Origin: Bacteroidia bacterium
GTDB lineage: Bacteria; Bacteroidota; Bacteroidia; UKL13-3
Length of the DNA: 64,000 bases
Direction: 5' to 3'
NCBI GenBank assembly: GCA_023151275.1
Contig: JAKLJI010000001.1
Coordinates: forward strand, 146,409 to 210,408
The stretch's first letter is position 1. Each line of letters opens with the position of its first letter. Shown here one piece after another: positions 18,525-28,725 of the stretch. Both the position numbers and the translations under genes were made by a program. Under the pieces are notes generated by a model, which saw nothing but the letters and a program-made list of their open reading frames with translations, was not told the DNA's origin and did no database searches.

Positions 18525-20054
18525 ATGCCCCTGATAAATTCTCTTGTGTCCTGGTACCTCAAAAGGCGGATACCCGCAATTGAGACCATGTTGAGCAATC
18601 CATTTGGTGTTCAGCATGATCAATTGATGAAGCTTATCCGAACTGCTCAGATTACTGAATTTGGGCGGACTTTTGATTTTAGGACCATCAACTCCGTTGA
18701 AACCTTTAAGGAGCGTGTACCGGTTACCAACTACGACGATTTCCATCATTACATACGCCGAATGATGCATGGCGAACAAAATGTACTTTGGCCAAGTGAA
18801 GTAAGTTGGTTTGCTAAATCAAGCGGAACCACAAGCAGCAAAAGCAAATTTATTCCGGTTACCTATGAAAGCTTAGAAGACTGCCATATTCAAGGCGGGA
18901 AAGATGTTTTACTTTGGTATCTCAATCAAAAACCGGAATCTGAACTCTTTGCTGGTAAAGGATTGGTGATGGGAGGAAGTCATCAAATCAACAGCCACAA
19001 TGCTTCAGCAGAAACGTTCTATGGTGACCTAAGTGCGGTGATGATGCAAAACATGCCCTTTTGGGCGCATTACCTTAGAACGCCAGATTTGAGTATTGCC
19101 ATTATGGACAATTGGGATGAAAAAATTGAACGTATGGCAAGAGCTACAATTCAGGATGATGTAACCAATATTTCGGGAGTTCCCACCTGGACGATTGTGC
19201 TTATTGAACGCCTGTTTGAACTCAGTGGCAAAAACAACCTTCTAGATATTTGGCCAAACCTTGAATTGTATATCCATGGCGGAGTAAGCTTTACTCCTTA
19301 TAGAGAAAGGTTCAAAGAACTTATTCAGGGAACCCAGGTGAACTACATGGAAACCTACAACGCTAGCGAAGGTTTTTTGGGTATACAAGACCGTCTAGGG
19401 TTTAGTGATATGTTGTTGATGCTGGATTATGGCATTTTTTATGAATTTATGCCAATCTCCGAATACGGAAAAACACATCCCAAAACCCTGAGTCTGGATG
19501 AAGTTAAAGTAAACGAAAACTATGCTTTGGTAATAAGCACCAATGCCGGTCTATGGCGCTATATCATTGGCGATACCATACGATTTACTTCAACTCATCC
19601 CTTCCGATTCAAAATAAGTGGCAGAACCAAGCATTATATCAATGCCTTTGGCGAGGAGTTGATGATTGAAAATGCAGACATGGCCATTTCAAAAGCTTGC
19701 GAAACTACGAATGCCCTCCTCACCGATTACACCGCCGCACCTGTTTATTTTACATCAACTAGCAAAGGCGGGCATGAATGGTTGATTGAATTTGAACGAG
19801 AGCCTTATGACAGGGCTATGTTTGAATCCGAATTGGATAAAAACCTTAAAATGCTCAATTCTGATTACGAAGCAAAACGCTTCAAAGACATGGCGATGCT
19901 GGCGCCCAAAATTCATTTTGTCCCGAAAGGAACTTTTCACGAATGGCTGAAAAGAGCCGGAAAACTTGGTGGTCAACACAAAGTACCCAGATTGAGCAAT
20001 GAACGGAAATACCTGGAAGAAATACACGGAATGGTTTTTGCGAAGGTGAACTAA
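18525..20054 (+). CDS. GH3 auxin-responsive-promoter family protein (acyl-acid amido synthetase-like adenylating enzyme)
   Basis: 509 aa. N-terminal LNSLVSWYLKRRIPAIE and WFAKSSGTTSSKSKFIPVT motifs are characteristic of bacterial GH3 proteins. Confidence 0.75.
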   Translation: MPLINSLVSWYLKRRIPAIETMLSNPFGVQHDQLMKLIRTAQITEFGRTFDFRTINSVETFKERVPVTNYDDFHHYIRRMMHGEQNVLWPSEVSWFAKSSGTTSSKSKFIPVTYESLEDCHIQGGKDVLLWYLNQKPESELFAGKGLVMGGSHQINSHNASAETFYGDLSAVMMQNMPFWAHYLRTPDLSIAIMDNWDEKIERMARATIQDDVTNISGVPTWTIVLIERLFELSGKNNLLDIWPNLELYIHGGVSFTPYRERFKELIQGTQVNYMETYNASEGFLGIQDRLGFSDMLLMLDYGIFYEFMPISEYGKTHPKTLSLDEVKVNENYALVISTNAGLWRYIIGDTIRFTSTHPFRFKISGRTKHYINAFGEELMIENADMAISKACETTNALLTDYTAAPVYFTSTSKGGHEWLIEFEREPYDRAMFESELDKNLKMLNSDYEAKRFKDMAMLAPKIHFVPKGTFHEWLKRAGKLGGQHKVPRLSNERKYLEEIHGMVFAKVN

Positions 20055-20207
20055 ACACCTTCCAAGCTTGAAAGTAAAACTCAGAGCACTCCACTATTTT
20101 TGGGGGCTTTGCTATTTGCCCTATTGAATTAACTGGCAGTTATGGCGAATTAAACAGCCAATAAAAGTGCTTAACAGGTAAAACGAATACGTAAGCAATT
20201 CCCTATT

Positions 20208-20627
20208 TTGGTTATCAATTTGAAAGGAATGACCAAATCGCAACTCCTCGTACTGGGAATGGTGTTGTTAAGTTTATTGGGGCTTACCCTTTACACTACC
20301 TTTTTTGCCAAGCATCCGCAATTGGATGCAGCCATTCACGAGTTAAGCAAGGCAAGACAAGAAATTCAGAAAACCCAGAAAAATCTGGATAGCATACTCA
20401 TCCATTCGGCAAGCATAAACGCTCAAAACGCAGCCTTCCAAACCCGAATCAAAAGCCTCGATAGCCTGCTGACAGTATCCGCAACGGAAAGCAAAAAACG
20501 AGAAGCAGCCTACCTCAATTCATTGCATAAACTTGAAAAATCCCTAAATCAAGTTAAAAACGAACTTGCAAAAATGAACCCCAAAATGCCGGAACCTGAA
20601 TATGGAAACCTTGAAATCAGCCAATAA
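20208..20627 (+). CDS. hypothetical membrane-anchored coiled-coil protein
   Basis: N-terminal TM (LLVLGMVLLSLLGLTLYTTFF) followed by a heptad-rich region. Overlaps the next ORF by 26 bp. Confidence 0.4.
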   Translation: MVINLKGMTKSQLLVLGMVLLSLLGLTLYTTFFAKHPQLDAAIHELSKARQEIQKTQKNLDSILIHSASINAQNAAFQTRIKSLDSLLTVSATESKKREAAYLNSLHKLEKSLNQVKNELAKMNPKMPEPEYGNLEISQ

Positions 20628-21186
20628 TCGTATGAAAATCTTAATCCTGGCGACGGCAATAAGTGCAATAAGCGTGAATGGATTCTCACAAAACCCGGGC
20701 TTAAAGCAATTCAAGGATTGCACCGGAATCAAGACCTATTTTGCTCAAGCAGGAGATACGGTGGTGTTCCATTGCGATAATATTCGGCTTTACAACCAGG
20801 CTAGTTTCAACTACATCAAGGCAAACTACGAAAACCTGTATGCAAACAGCCATGCACTGCAACTTAATTCAGACTCAACTAACTCCATTTACAAAAGCCT
20901 TTATGAGAATAAATCCTTGGACTACGAACAACTGAAAGAATCTTATTCCCAATTCAGAATTGCAACACACTTGCATCTGCTTTCAACAGATAGTCAACTC
21001 ACCCTTATTCAAGCCAACAGCAGGCAAGCTCAGGTGCAGCTACAAAATGCAGACAGTGCCATTGCATCCGGAATAAAGAAAATAGAAACCTACCGGCGAA
21101 ACCAATGGAAAACCAAAGTGAGCTACTTCGGCTGGGGATTTATAGGTGGACTGGCATCTGCTCTTTTGCTGGCATTGGCAATTTGA
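20602..21186 (+). CDS. hypothetical secreted protein with C-terminal membrane anchor
   Basis: Signal peptide (MKILILATAISAISVNGFSQ) and C-terminal TM (GWGFIGGLASALLLALAI). Confidence 0.4.
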   Translation: METLKSANNRMKILILATAISAISVNGFSQNPGLKQFKDCTGIKTYFAQAGDTVVFHCDNIRLYNQASFNYIKANYENLYANSHALQLNSDSTNSIYKSLYENKSLDYEQLKESYSQFRIATHLHLLSTDSQLTLIQANSRQAQVQLQNADSAIASGIKKIETYRRNQWKTKVSYFGWGFIGGLASALLLALAI

Positions 21187-21204
21187 GCGTGAAAATTCAA
21201 GGCA

Positions 21205-21234
21205 TAAAAAAAGCCCTCCGAAAAGGGCTTTTTA
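21205..21234. terminator. bidirectional rho-independent terminator between convergent genes
   Basis: AAAAAAAGCCCTccgaaaAGGGCTTTTT, a symmetric A-run / stem / T-run. Confidence 0.75.
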
Positions 21235-21246
21235 AAGATTGATTAA

Positions 21247-22122
21247 TTATTTAACCTGAACCAGTTCCACATCAAAAATCAATGTGGCATTTGGAGGGAT
21301 AACGCCTCCGGCACCATTGGCACCATAAGCAAGTTCACTTGGAATGATGAGGCGTTTTTTATCGCCAACCTTCATCAAAGCAATACCTTCTTCCCAACCT
21401 GGAATAACCATGCGTTGTCCCAAAGGAAACTCAATTGGCTCATCACGCTCAATAGATGAATCGAATATTTTGCCATCCATTAGGTAACCAGTATAATGTA
21501 CACGAACAGTTTTACCTGCAACAGCTTGTTCTCCAGAGCCGTTTTCAACGTTGATATAACGCAGACCGCTGGCAGTTGTTAATGTATCTTTTCCTTTCGT
21601 GTCGTATGGAAGAATTTTTGGTGCAGACTTCGTATCCAACACTTCCACATCAAAAATAAGGGTGCTATTTGGAGGAATGCTTCCCATATCGCGTTGGCCA
21701 TAAGCAATATCCGGAGGAATAACGAATGTTGCTTTATCGCCTACTTTAAGCAATTGCAAACCTTCGTCCCAACCCTTGATAACCTGGCCGGCACCAACTT
21801 TAAACGAGAACGGTTGATTACGGTCTTTTGAGCTATCAAACTTGGTACCATTGGTAAGTTTACCTGTATAATGAACAGTAACTTTATCGCCTGCTTCAAC
21901 TTGTTTTCCTTTGCCCAGTTCGGTAACCCTGTACTTCAAACCACTGGCTGTAGTGTATTCCTGATTCACTTTAATTTTCTTAGGTTTTTGTGATGATTTC
22001 TGTTCCGGTTTTTTTGACTCCTTCTTAGCAGTTGATTTACCTGCTTTTTTTGCATTCTGGGCTTGGGCCGAAGCATGCAAGCCAATGGCAATAGCCAAAA
22101 GTACGATCAGACGTTTTATCAT
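21247..22122 (-). CDS. FKBP-type peptidyl-prolyl cis-trans isomerase (two FKBP domains)
   Basis: Two copies of the FKBP signature (GxxVxVHYTG.L.DG..FDSS........F.LG.G.VI.GW.EG...M.VG.K....IP...AYG). Confidence 0.85.
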   Translation of the reverse strand: MIKRLIVLLAIAIGLHASAQAQNAKKAGKSTAKKESKKPEQKSSQKPKKIKVNQEYTTASGLKYRVTELGKGKQVEAGDKVTVHYTGKLTNGTKFDSSKDRNQPFSFKVGAGQVIKGWDEGLQLLKVGDKATFVIPPDIAYGQRDMGSIPPNSTLIFDVEVLDTKSAPKILPYDTKGKDTLTTASGLRYINVENGSGEQAVAGKTVRVHYTGYLMDGKIFDSSIERDEPIEFPLGQRMVIPGWEEGIALMKVGDKKRLIIPSELAYGANGAGGVIPPNATLIFDVELVQVK

Positions 22123-22127
22123 AGTGT

Positions 22128-22961
22128 TTAGTTTACTTTAACCAGCTTCACTTCAAATACAAGTGTTGAGAATGGAGGAATTGGTCCACCACCACGAGGG
22201 CCGTAAGCCAACTCAGATGGAATTACAAATTTGAATTCATCGCCTTCGCCCATCAGCATCAAACCTTCGTCCCAACCTGGAATAACCTGGCCCATACCTA
22301 CAGCAAAATCAAAGTTTGGTTTGCCATCCATGTTTTGGTCGAAAATGGTGCCATCCAACAAAGTGCCTTTGTATTGAACCGATACATTGGTTCCTTTTTT
22401 AGGCTTTTTGCCATTTCCTTTTTTAACAACTTGGTAAATCAAACCGCTGCTTGTGGTTTGATAGCCCTGCAAGTTAGCCAAGTAAGCAACTCGGCTGATT
22501 GAATCTTTTGTCATCAACTCCAGGTTGCTCTCTTCAAACTTCTTCTGCATTTCCTGTTGGTTGTAAATGTCTTGGATGCTTGCATTGAACTTAATCGTTG
22601 CACCGCTACCCAAACTGGCTGGAGCCGGCTGGCCAAAGCTCTTCAAATAAAGGCTATCAGCATTCAGGCTAAACTCAAGACTATCGCCTTTCTTCAACAG
22701 TTTAAACAATTCTTTGAAGCTTGGCTCATCCGCAGGAATGTAATACGGTTTTCCGGCAGTGTATGAATCAAAAAGCAAGGTATCTTTTCCTGAAGCCACG
22801 CCTTTCATGTTAATCAATACGATATCACCCGATTTTACTTCACGCGCACCTTCTTCAGTTTTAAAAATGGTATAATCAATCAAACCATCTTCTGTTTTTT
22901 GGGATTTGTTACATGCTGTAATCAAAACCAAGGCTGCAGCTGCAGCTAGCATTTTTCTCAT
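22128..22961 (-). CDS. FKBP-type peptidyl-prolyl cis-trans isomerase (FkpA/FklB-like, N-terminal dimerisation domain)
   Basis: C-terminal FKBP domain ([17 protein letters not shown]...[35 protein letters not shown]) plus signal peptide. Confidence 0.85.
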   Translation of the reverse strand: MRKMLAAAAALVLITACNKSQKTEDGLIDYTIFKTEEGAREVKSGDIVLINMKGVASGKDTLLFDSYTAGKPYYIPADEPSFKELFKLLKKGDSLEFSLNADSLYLKSFGQPAPASLGSGATIKFNASIQDIYNQQEMQKKFEESNLELMTKDSISRVAYLANLQGYQTTSSGLIYQVVKKGNGKKPKKGTNVSVQYKGTLLDGTIFDQNMDGKPNFDFAVGMGQVIPGWDEGLMLMGEGDEFKFVIPSELAYGPRGGGPIPPFSTLVFEVKLVKVN

Positions 22962-22973
22962 TTGGATATATTT

Positions 22974-23984
22974 CTAATTTAGATATTCTACATAGGAAGG
23001 AAGCACTTGTCTAAAGCGGGATTCAAGCGCATCTAGGGGTTCTTGGCTTTCGCCACCGGCCGCATTGAAGTGACCCCCGCCGTTGAAATGGGCACGTGCA
23101 AATGCATTTGCCGGGAAACGTGATTTGGAGCGAAAACTCATTTTACGCAGTACCGATCTGTCGATGATAAGCACGGAAAGTTCAATTCCGGAGATTGACA
23201 AGCCATAATTCACCAAGCCTTCGGTATCACCTGTAATAATATTAAAGCGCTTCAATTCTTCGGCGCTCACACAAATCAATGCTGTTTTGTACTCTGGAAG
23301 AATCTGCAACTTTTCACTCAAACAAAAGCCTATAAACCGGGTACGATTCTCGGAGTAATTGTCGTAAATAGCCTCATGAATTTTGTTTGAAACAGCGCCA
23401 CATTCCAACAATTTAGCAGCCACACGATGCGTAGTTGGTGTAGTTGAACTGTGACGGAAAGAGGCGGTATCCGTCATAATTCCGGCATACAGGCAAGACG
23501 CCATTTCTGCGTGTACCTTATCTACTTCTCCCATCAACTCAATGAACCAAAAAATAAGCTCACAAGTACTTGAAGCAGAAGTTGTCCAAAGTCTGAAATC
23601 CTCAAAACCTTCAGGTTCCAGGTGATGGTCGATAAGCACTTTCTTAGCTTTTGCAGCGGCTACAAGTTCACCCATTCGGTTAATTCGCTTCAGGGCATTG
23701 AAATCCAAACAGAAAATCAAATCAGCCTGAGCAATTAACTCTTCCGACTCATCAACAGTAGTTTCAAAATTCATCACCAAACTTTCGCCCGGCATCCACT
23801 TCAAGAAATCACCGTAATCGGTTGGGGTAATTACCTGAGCATGAACACCCAGTTCTTTCAAGAAATGGTACAATCCCAGGGAAGAGCCCAATGCATCTGC
23901 ATCCGGCTTGTGATGGGTAGTAATTATTACCCGGGGTGATGGCTGCTCGAGCAGCAAAGATTTCAGTTCCTGTAGCTTGTTCAA
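22974..23984 (-). CDS. nrnA: DHH-family phosphoesterase, NrnA-like bifunctional oligoribonuclease/pAp phosphatase
   Basis: DHH motif region (ITTHHKPDADALGSSLGL) and DHHA1-like C-terminus (GGGH..AAG). Confidence 0.7.
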   Translation of the reverse strand: MNKLQELKSLLLEQPSPRVIITTHHKPDADALGSSLGLYHFLKELGVHAQVITPTDYGDFLKWMPGESLVMNFETTVDESEELIAQADLIFCLDFNALKRINRMGELVAAAKAKKVLIDHHLEPEGFEDFRLWTTSASSTCELIFWFIELMGEVDKVHAEMASCLYAGIMTDTASFRHSSTTPTTHRVAAKLLECGAVSNKIHEAIYDNYSENRTRFIGFCLSEKLQILPEYKTALICVSAEELKRFNIITGDTEGLVNYGLSISGIELSVLIIDRSVLRKMSFRSKSRFPANAFARAHFNGGGHFNAAGGESQEPLDALESRFRQVLPSYVEYLN

Positions 23985-24063
23985 AGTGGGGCAAATATCT
24001 AATAATGACAGATTTTATGTACTATTTTATTGGTTAAAATTTGACGAATGTACAACTTGCGGC

Positions 24064-25170
24064 ATGCTTTCTTCAAAATCAGCCTGTATTCTGCTTTCTT
24101 TTTTTACAATTTTGATGGGATTAGGATGCAAAAAGGAGAGTCCTACCAAAATCGAGCCACCCCTTGTAGATTCACTTATTCGGGGAATTGATGCTTCATT
24201 TTACAGCGAGTCCCAAAAAGCCGGAATTAGTTACAAGGATGAGAACGGAAACACTGTTGACTTCCTAAATTTTGTTCGAGAAAAAGGGGTCAATACGGTT
24301 CGGATTCGCATTTGGCACAAACCCAGTGGGAGATTTAGTAGTTTGGAGGATGTGAAAGCCCTCAGCAAACTGGTTCGCGAAAAGGGTTTGAAAGTTTGGC
24401 TTTGCCTGCATTATTCAGATTGGTGGGCAGATCCCGCAAACCAAAAAACACCTGCAGCATGGAGCAACTTGTCGAATATTGTTCTGAAAGATAGCTTGGT
24501 AAATTATACGCGCATGTTGGTTCGCGAAATCCAACCGGATTTTATTCAAACCGGAAATGAAATCAATGGTGGATTTTGTTGGGACCAAGGAAGAATAAGC
24601 AATGAAGCTTACTTTTTTGGTTTACTAAAAGCAGCAAATGAAGCTGTGGCAGAAGAAAATCCGGCTTGCAAACGCCTAGTACATATTGCTGGTTACGAAC
24701 AAGCCGATTGGTTTTTTGGAAAGGTGGCAAGCTATCAGGTTCCTTACGATTGGATAGCCTTATCCTATTATCCTTATTGGCATGGTAAAGACCCTGTAAG
24801 GCTGAAACCTGCGTTGGATGCCCTATTCGCCAAATACCAAAAAGGAATTGTGCTTGCAGAAACAGCTTATCCCTTTACCCTTTCTTGGAACGATTGGACA
24901 AACAATTCCATCGGCGATAGCTCGCAGCTTAGCCCTGGATATCCGGCAAGCTTGCAAGGTCAGAAAGAGATGCTAAAAAAGATTGCCGAGCGGGTTTATT
25001 CAAGCCCGGGAGGGAGAGGATTTTGTTATTGGGCCCCGGAATGGGTTGCCTTTTACGGACCGCAAGCCAACACCGGTTCAAGCTGGGAAAATCAAGCCTT
25101 GTTTGACTTTTCAAACAAAGCAGTACCTGCCTGGGAAGCTTTTAACCCCAACCTTAAAACACAAAATTGA
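24064..25170 (+). CDS. arabinogalactan endo-beta-1,4-galactanase (GH53) lipoprotein
   Basis: Start at ATG 24064 gives a lipoprotein signal (..ILMGLGC). GH53 catalytic regions (NTVRIRIW, IQTGNEINGG, LAETAYPF). Confidence 0.75.
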   Translation: MLSSKSACILLSFFTILMGLGCKKESPTKIEPPLVDSLIRGIDASFYSESQKAGISYKDENGNTVDFLNFVREKGVNTVRIRIWHKPSGRFSSLEDVKALSKLVREKGLKVWLCLHYSDWWADPANQKTPAAWSNLSNIVLKDSLVNYTRMLVREIQPDFIQTGNEINGGFCWDQGRISNEAYFFGLLKAANEAVAEENPACKRLVHIAGYEQADWFFGKVASYQVPYDWIALSYYPYWHGKDPVRLKPALDALFAKYQKGIVLAETAYPFTLSWNDWTNNSIGDSSQLSPGYPASLQGQKEMLKKIAERVYSSPGGRGFCYWAPEWVAFYGPQANTGSSWENQALFDFSNKAVPAWEAFNPNLKTQN

Positions 25171-26185
25171 AAGAGGTGTTGAATGTCCAGCCCCGCAGTT
25201 GCAGGTTATAACTGAATGGCACCAGGTAAGCCGCTTTTGAATCGAGCAAAACATACTTGTTTTTGTACCATTCAATGCCAATAGAAGGTGCAAGGTAAAA
25301 GATTTCGGTTTTGCGGCTTGAACCGGAAGCAAACATCAAACCCAGGTTATACCCGGAATAAAGATTCAGGTATTTGCGGCTTCCTCTGCCCAGGTAACGG
25401 GAGTAAAAATCTTGTCCAAAACCGACACTAAATAAATCGGTAAAGGTGGATGAATCTGACTCTGACAAATTGGTGCTTTTGTAAACACCAAGCAAACCAT
25501 AAGACTTGCCACGGGTAAACAAATACTTGAGGAAGAAACCTTGGTAAGCCGTTGTACTTATTCCCCAAGCCGGAGATTCAGGAATCCAATAGCTGTATTC
25601 CATGCCGGGCATATTCACAAACGAAACTTTGCTATTTTGAGGTGAAGTGGTTTCATCATTTACCTCCAAATTCACCTCAAACACATTGGCCTTTTTGCTT
25701 AATGCAACCAGTTCTTTTTCTTTCTGGAAAATGCGTTCATCCACATTCATTTTCTCTTTCCAAAGTCCCATACTGCTTTCTACTTTTGGATCGAGTTTTT
25801 GCAGCAAATCCTGGTAATCACTTCGCTTCTTGCGGAGGTAATTCAACTCAAGCTCAACCTCCCTCACTTTTTGGTCGTTGCTAACCGTTTTTACGTTTTT
25901 GCGAACAGAATAACCCAAACCGGCTACAAGTGTATCAAAAAGCTGATAATCGGAAGAATCCATTCGGAGATTGAAAACTAGCCGCGACTTGCCTTCATTC
26001 TGACTAATAAGTGAAATTTTGTTTTGGCGTATGAAGCGATTGAGGGATTCTTTGGCAAGCGAAAAATCGAGGGTAAGAATCTCTTGATCAATTACAGTGC
26101 TGGAATATCTATCTGTTTCCTGAGCCACAAGGCTGTTGGAAAGGCTCAAACAAAGAGCAAAAAAAAGCAGGACGATGCGAATCAT
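25154..26185 (-). CDS. hypothetical outer-membrane (beta-barrel-like) protein
   Basis: Signal peptide. Central coiled-coil region. C-terminal region with alternating aromatic residues ending in ...FNFVF. Confidence 0.4.
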   Translation of the reverse strand: MIRIVLLFFALCLSLSNSLVAQETDRYSSTVIDQEILTLDFSLAKESLNRFIRQNKISLISQNEGKSRLVFNLRMDSSDYQLFDTLVAGLGYSVRKNVKTVSNDQKVREVELELNYLRKKRSDYQDLLQKLDPKVESSMGLWKEKMNVDERIFQKEKELVALSKKANVFEVNLEVNDETTSPQNSKVSFVNMPGMEYSYWIPESPAWGISTTAYQGFFLKYLFTRGKSYGLLGVYKSTNLSESDSSTFTDLFSVGFGQDFYSRYLGRGSRKYLNLYSGYNLGLMFASGSSRKTEIFYLAPSIGIEWYKNKYVLLDSKAAYLVPFSYNLQLRGWTFNTSFNFVF

Positions 26186-26214
26186 CCTGCTAAATTACTT
26201 GAAAGTTGCTATCC

Positions 26215-28647
26215 TTATTCTTTTTTCTTTCTGATAAAACCCAGTGCCAGAGCAATCAGCAATGAACCATACAGAATTCCTGAGGAAGCGTAGGCAATCT
26301 TCTCTCCGGTTTCAACTGTTTTTGGCTCAAAGCGGAATTCTATCTGGTGTTTTCCGGCAGGTACAGGTAATGCACGAAGGATATAATCAGCGCGCAAGTG
26401 TTCAACCAATTTTCCATCGATATACGCATTCCAACCTTTGTCGTAATACACTTCAGAGAAAACAGTCAATTGAGGGGAATTTGACTCATACGCATACACC
26501 AACTTGTTGGGTTGATAGGAAGTCAGGCTAATCTTGTTGCTGCTATCCGGGGCTGAAGGGGTGAATCCTTTAAGCACAGACTCAAATTTATTTTTGTCGA
26601 TGATAGCAGTCTGAAGACTCTTGAATCCAATCAATGCCGCAATTTCTTCATCAGCATTGTTAACCCATTTGATTTCGCTAACAAACCAAGCATTCCCGTT
26701 ATTGAAGGGATTGCGTTGGGCAAACTGACGTCCGGTTGAATCGCCTACAATAAAGTATTTTACGTTGAGCATGTTGTAGGCTTCCATATTCTGGCGCGAC
26801 AAATGCCATTCAATCAGTTCCTGGAAGCGACGCATTTTTGCACCGTGGTAACCTCCAATTGTTTTGTGGTAATAGGCTGTTAATGCGTCTTTATCAAAAT
26901 CTGTGGTATTGTTATAAACACGGTAATGCGGATCAGGGTCGGCAAGAATTTGCTCATCAACCGGAGATTTAGCAATAGCGGCATCGGCCTTCTTCTTTTC
27001 AAAATCTGAATCATTTAAGTAACGCTTATCAACGGCCCAGAGGTCTATAACAATCAACAAAGCCAAAGCAGGAGCCAGAAATTCTTTTTTGAATTTATTG
27101 TTGAAAGCAGCCCAAATCAAGCCTGCTGCTGCCAGAATTAAAGCTAGTGAACGGAATGCATCTGTACGAAGCAGCGATGCTCTATCCAAGGCAAGTGGCT
27201 CGCGCAACCATTCAGGCAAACGCTGGTCGGCGGCAGAAGTAAAATCAAAAAATGCGCCTGGAACCAGCATAAATATCAGGCTTAATCCACCAGTGATTGC
27301 CAATGAATACTGAAGCGACTTGTTGAAGCGCTTTTTATCAAAAGGTTGGTCGATTAAATCCTTCAAAGCCAACACCGCCAATAGCGGGAACATGGTTTGA
27401 GAAACGCAGAGAATAAAAGTTACCGAGCGGAATTTGTTGTACAGAGGGAAATAATCAAAAAACAAATCGGAAAGCAGGGTGAAATTTTTCCCCATTGACA
27501 AGAATATGGCCAGCATAGCGGCTGTGAAAATCCACCACTTGGTCATTCCTTTCAAGTAAAACATACCAAACACAAACAAGAATACCACAATTGCACCGTA
27601 GTAAATCGGACCAGCCGTAAAGGGTTGATCGCCCCAATAAATAGGCATTTGTTTGATTACATTTTTCGCATCGGGAACGCCGTATTCTTTTAACTTCTTG
27701 TAGGTCTCGGTATTGGTTCCCAGCTCTCCGTTGGATGCTCCGCCATAGAAATTCGGAATCAAAATGGTCATTGGCTCCATCACCCCATTGCTCCAGGCCA
27801 TGGCATAATCTTTATCGAGACCGGAAGTGCTATTGGCTTCGTTAGATTGTCCATCAGGTGTTTTGGTTAACTCACTCGCACTACGAATGCTGTATTTTCC
27901 ATATTCTTCTGTTGTTAATAAGCCGGTAATATGCGTACCAATTCCCACACCGGCAGCTACTAGCAAAAACACGCCTGAAATGAGGAAAGAGGCCAACTTT
28001 TTCTCTTGCAAGTGTTGGATAAATTCTACCACCATCCAGGCAAGAATGATAAACAATAAATAATAGGTAATCTGAAGGTGACCGGCAGCCAACTCAAAAG
28101 ATACTGCAATACCTGTAAGAATAGCCCCCAGCAACCTGTCTTTCCGCAGCGTGTAGTTAATTCCTGCCAACACTAAAGGTATAAATGCTATAGCATTTCC
28201 TTTGGTAATATGTCCGGCATCAATATTTATAAAATTGAAGCTGGAAAGGGCGAATGCCAAAGAGCCTGCAATTGCCAACCAAGGCTTCACTTCAAAAGTA
28301 AGAAGCAAAAGGTAAAAGCAGATAAACAGCAGAAAGAGTGTATCAGCAGGATTTTTGAGGATATCTGAAATGTAAAACAGAATATTAGCAGTGAGGTTCC
28401 CAAAATAGGTAGCACCAATGAGGTAGGTTGGCATACCACCAAAAATGGAATTTGTCCAAAACGTACGTTCACCACTTGTCTTTTCAAAATTGGCAATCTC
28501 CTGGAAGGTTGCCTTCCATTGGAGAACGTCGTATTGCTTTAAGACTTTACCACCTAATAGTGGATTGAAATAGAGAAAAATAACACCAAATATTACGGCA
28601 AGCGCAATCAGATGTGGGGTTGCTTTTTTGAAAAATCCGGAGTTCAT
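26215..28647 (-). CDS. YfhO-family membrane protein (polytopic glycosyltransferase-like)
   Basis: 810 aa with more than 10 predicted TM helices and a large extracytoplasmic C-terminal domain. Architecture and N-terminal motifs resemble bacterial YfhO proteins. Confidence 0.65.
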   Translation of the reverse strand: MNSGFFKKATPHLIALAVIFGVIFLYFNPLLGGKVLKQYDVLQWKATFQEIANFEKTSGERTFWTNSIFGGMPTYLIGATYFGNLTANILFYISDILKNPADTLFLLFICFYLLLLTFEVKPWLAIAGSLAFALSSFNFINIDAGHITKGNAIAFIPLVLAGINYTLRKDRLLGAILTGIAVSFELAAGHLQITYYLLFIILAWMVVEFIQHLQEKKLASFLISGVFLLVAAGVGIGTHITGLLTTEEYGKYSIRSASELTKTPDGQSNEANSTSGLDKDYAMAWSNGVMEPMTILIPNFYGGASNGELGTNTETYKKLKEYGVPDAKNVIKQMPIYWGDQPFTAGPIYYGAIVVFLFVFGMFYLKGMTKWWIFTAAMLAIFLSMGKNFTLLSDLFFDYFPLYNKFRSVTFILCVSQTMFPLLAVLALKDLIDQPFDKKRFNKSLQYSLAITGGLSLIFMLVPGAFFDFTSAADQRLPEWLREPLALDRASLLRTDAFRSLALILAAAGLIWAAFNNKFKKEFLAPALALLIVIDLWAVDKRYLNDSDFEKKKADAAIAKSPVDEQILADPDPHYRVYNNTTDFDKDALTAYYHKTIGGYHGAKMRRFQELIEWHLSRQNMEAYNMLNVKYFIVGDSTGRQFAQRNPFNNGNAWFVSEIKWVNNADEEIAALIGFKSLQTAIIDKNKFESVLKGFTPSAPDSSNKISLTSYQPNKLVYAYESNSPQLTVFSEVYYDKGWNAYIDGKLVEHLRADYILRALPVPAGKHQIEFRFEPKTVETGEKIAYASSGILYGSLLIALALGFIRKKKE

Positions 28648-28725
28648 CGAACAAAATTTTGGGGAATATAATCAAGGAGGCTATGTAAAACCAACCGCTT
28701 GTAAAGATTGATAGATTTATATGAT

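Noticed and set aside
18387-18779. 130-aa minus-strand ORF overlapping the GH3 gene start and the upstream terminator
   Set aside because: It is antisense to a strongly supported GH3-family N-terminus and spans an intrinsic terminator hairpin. Spurious.
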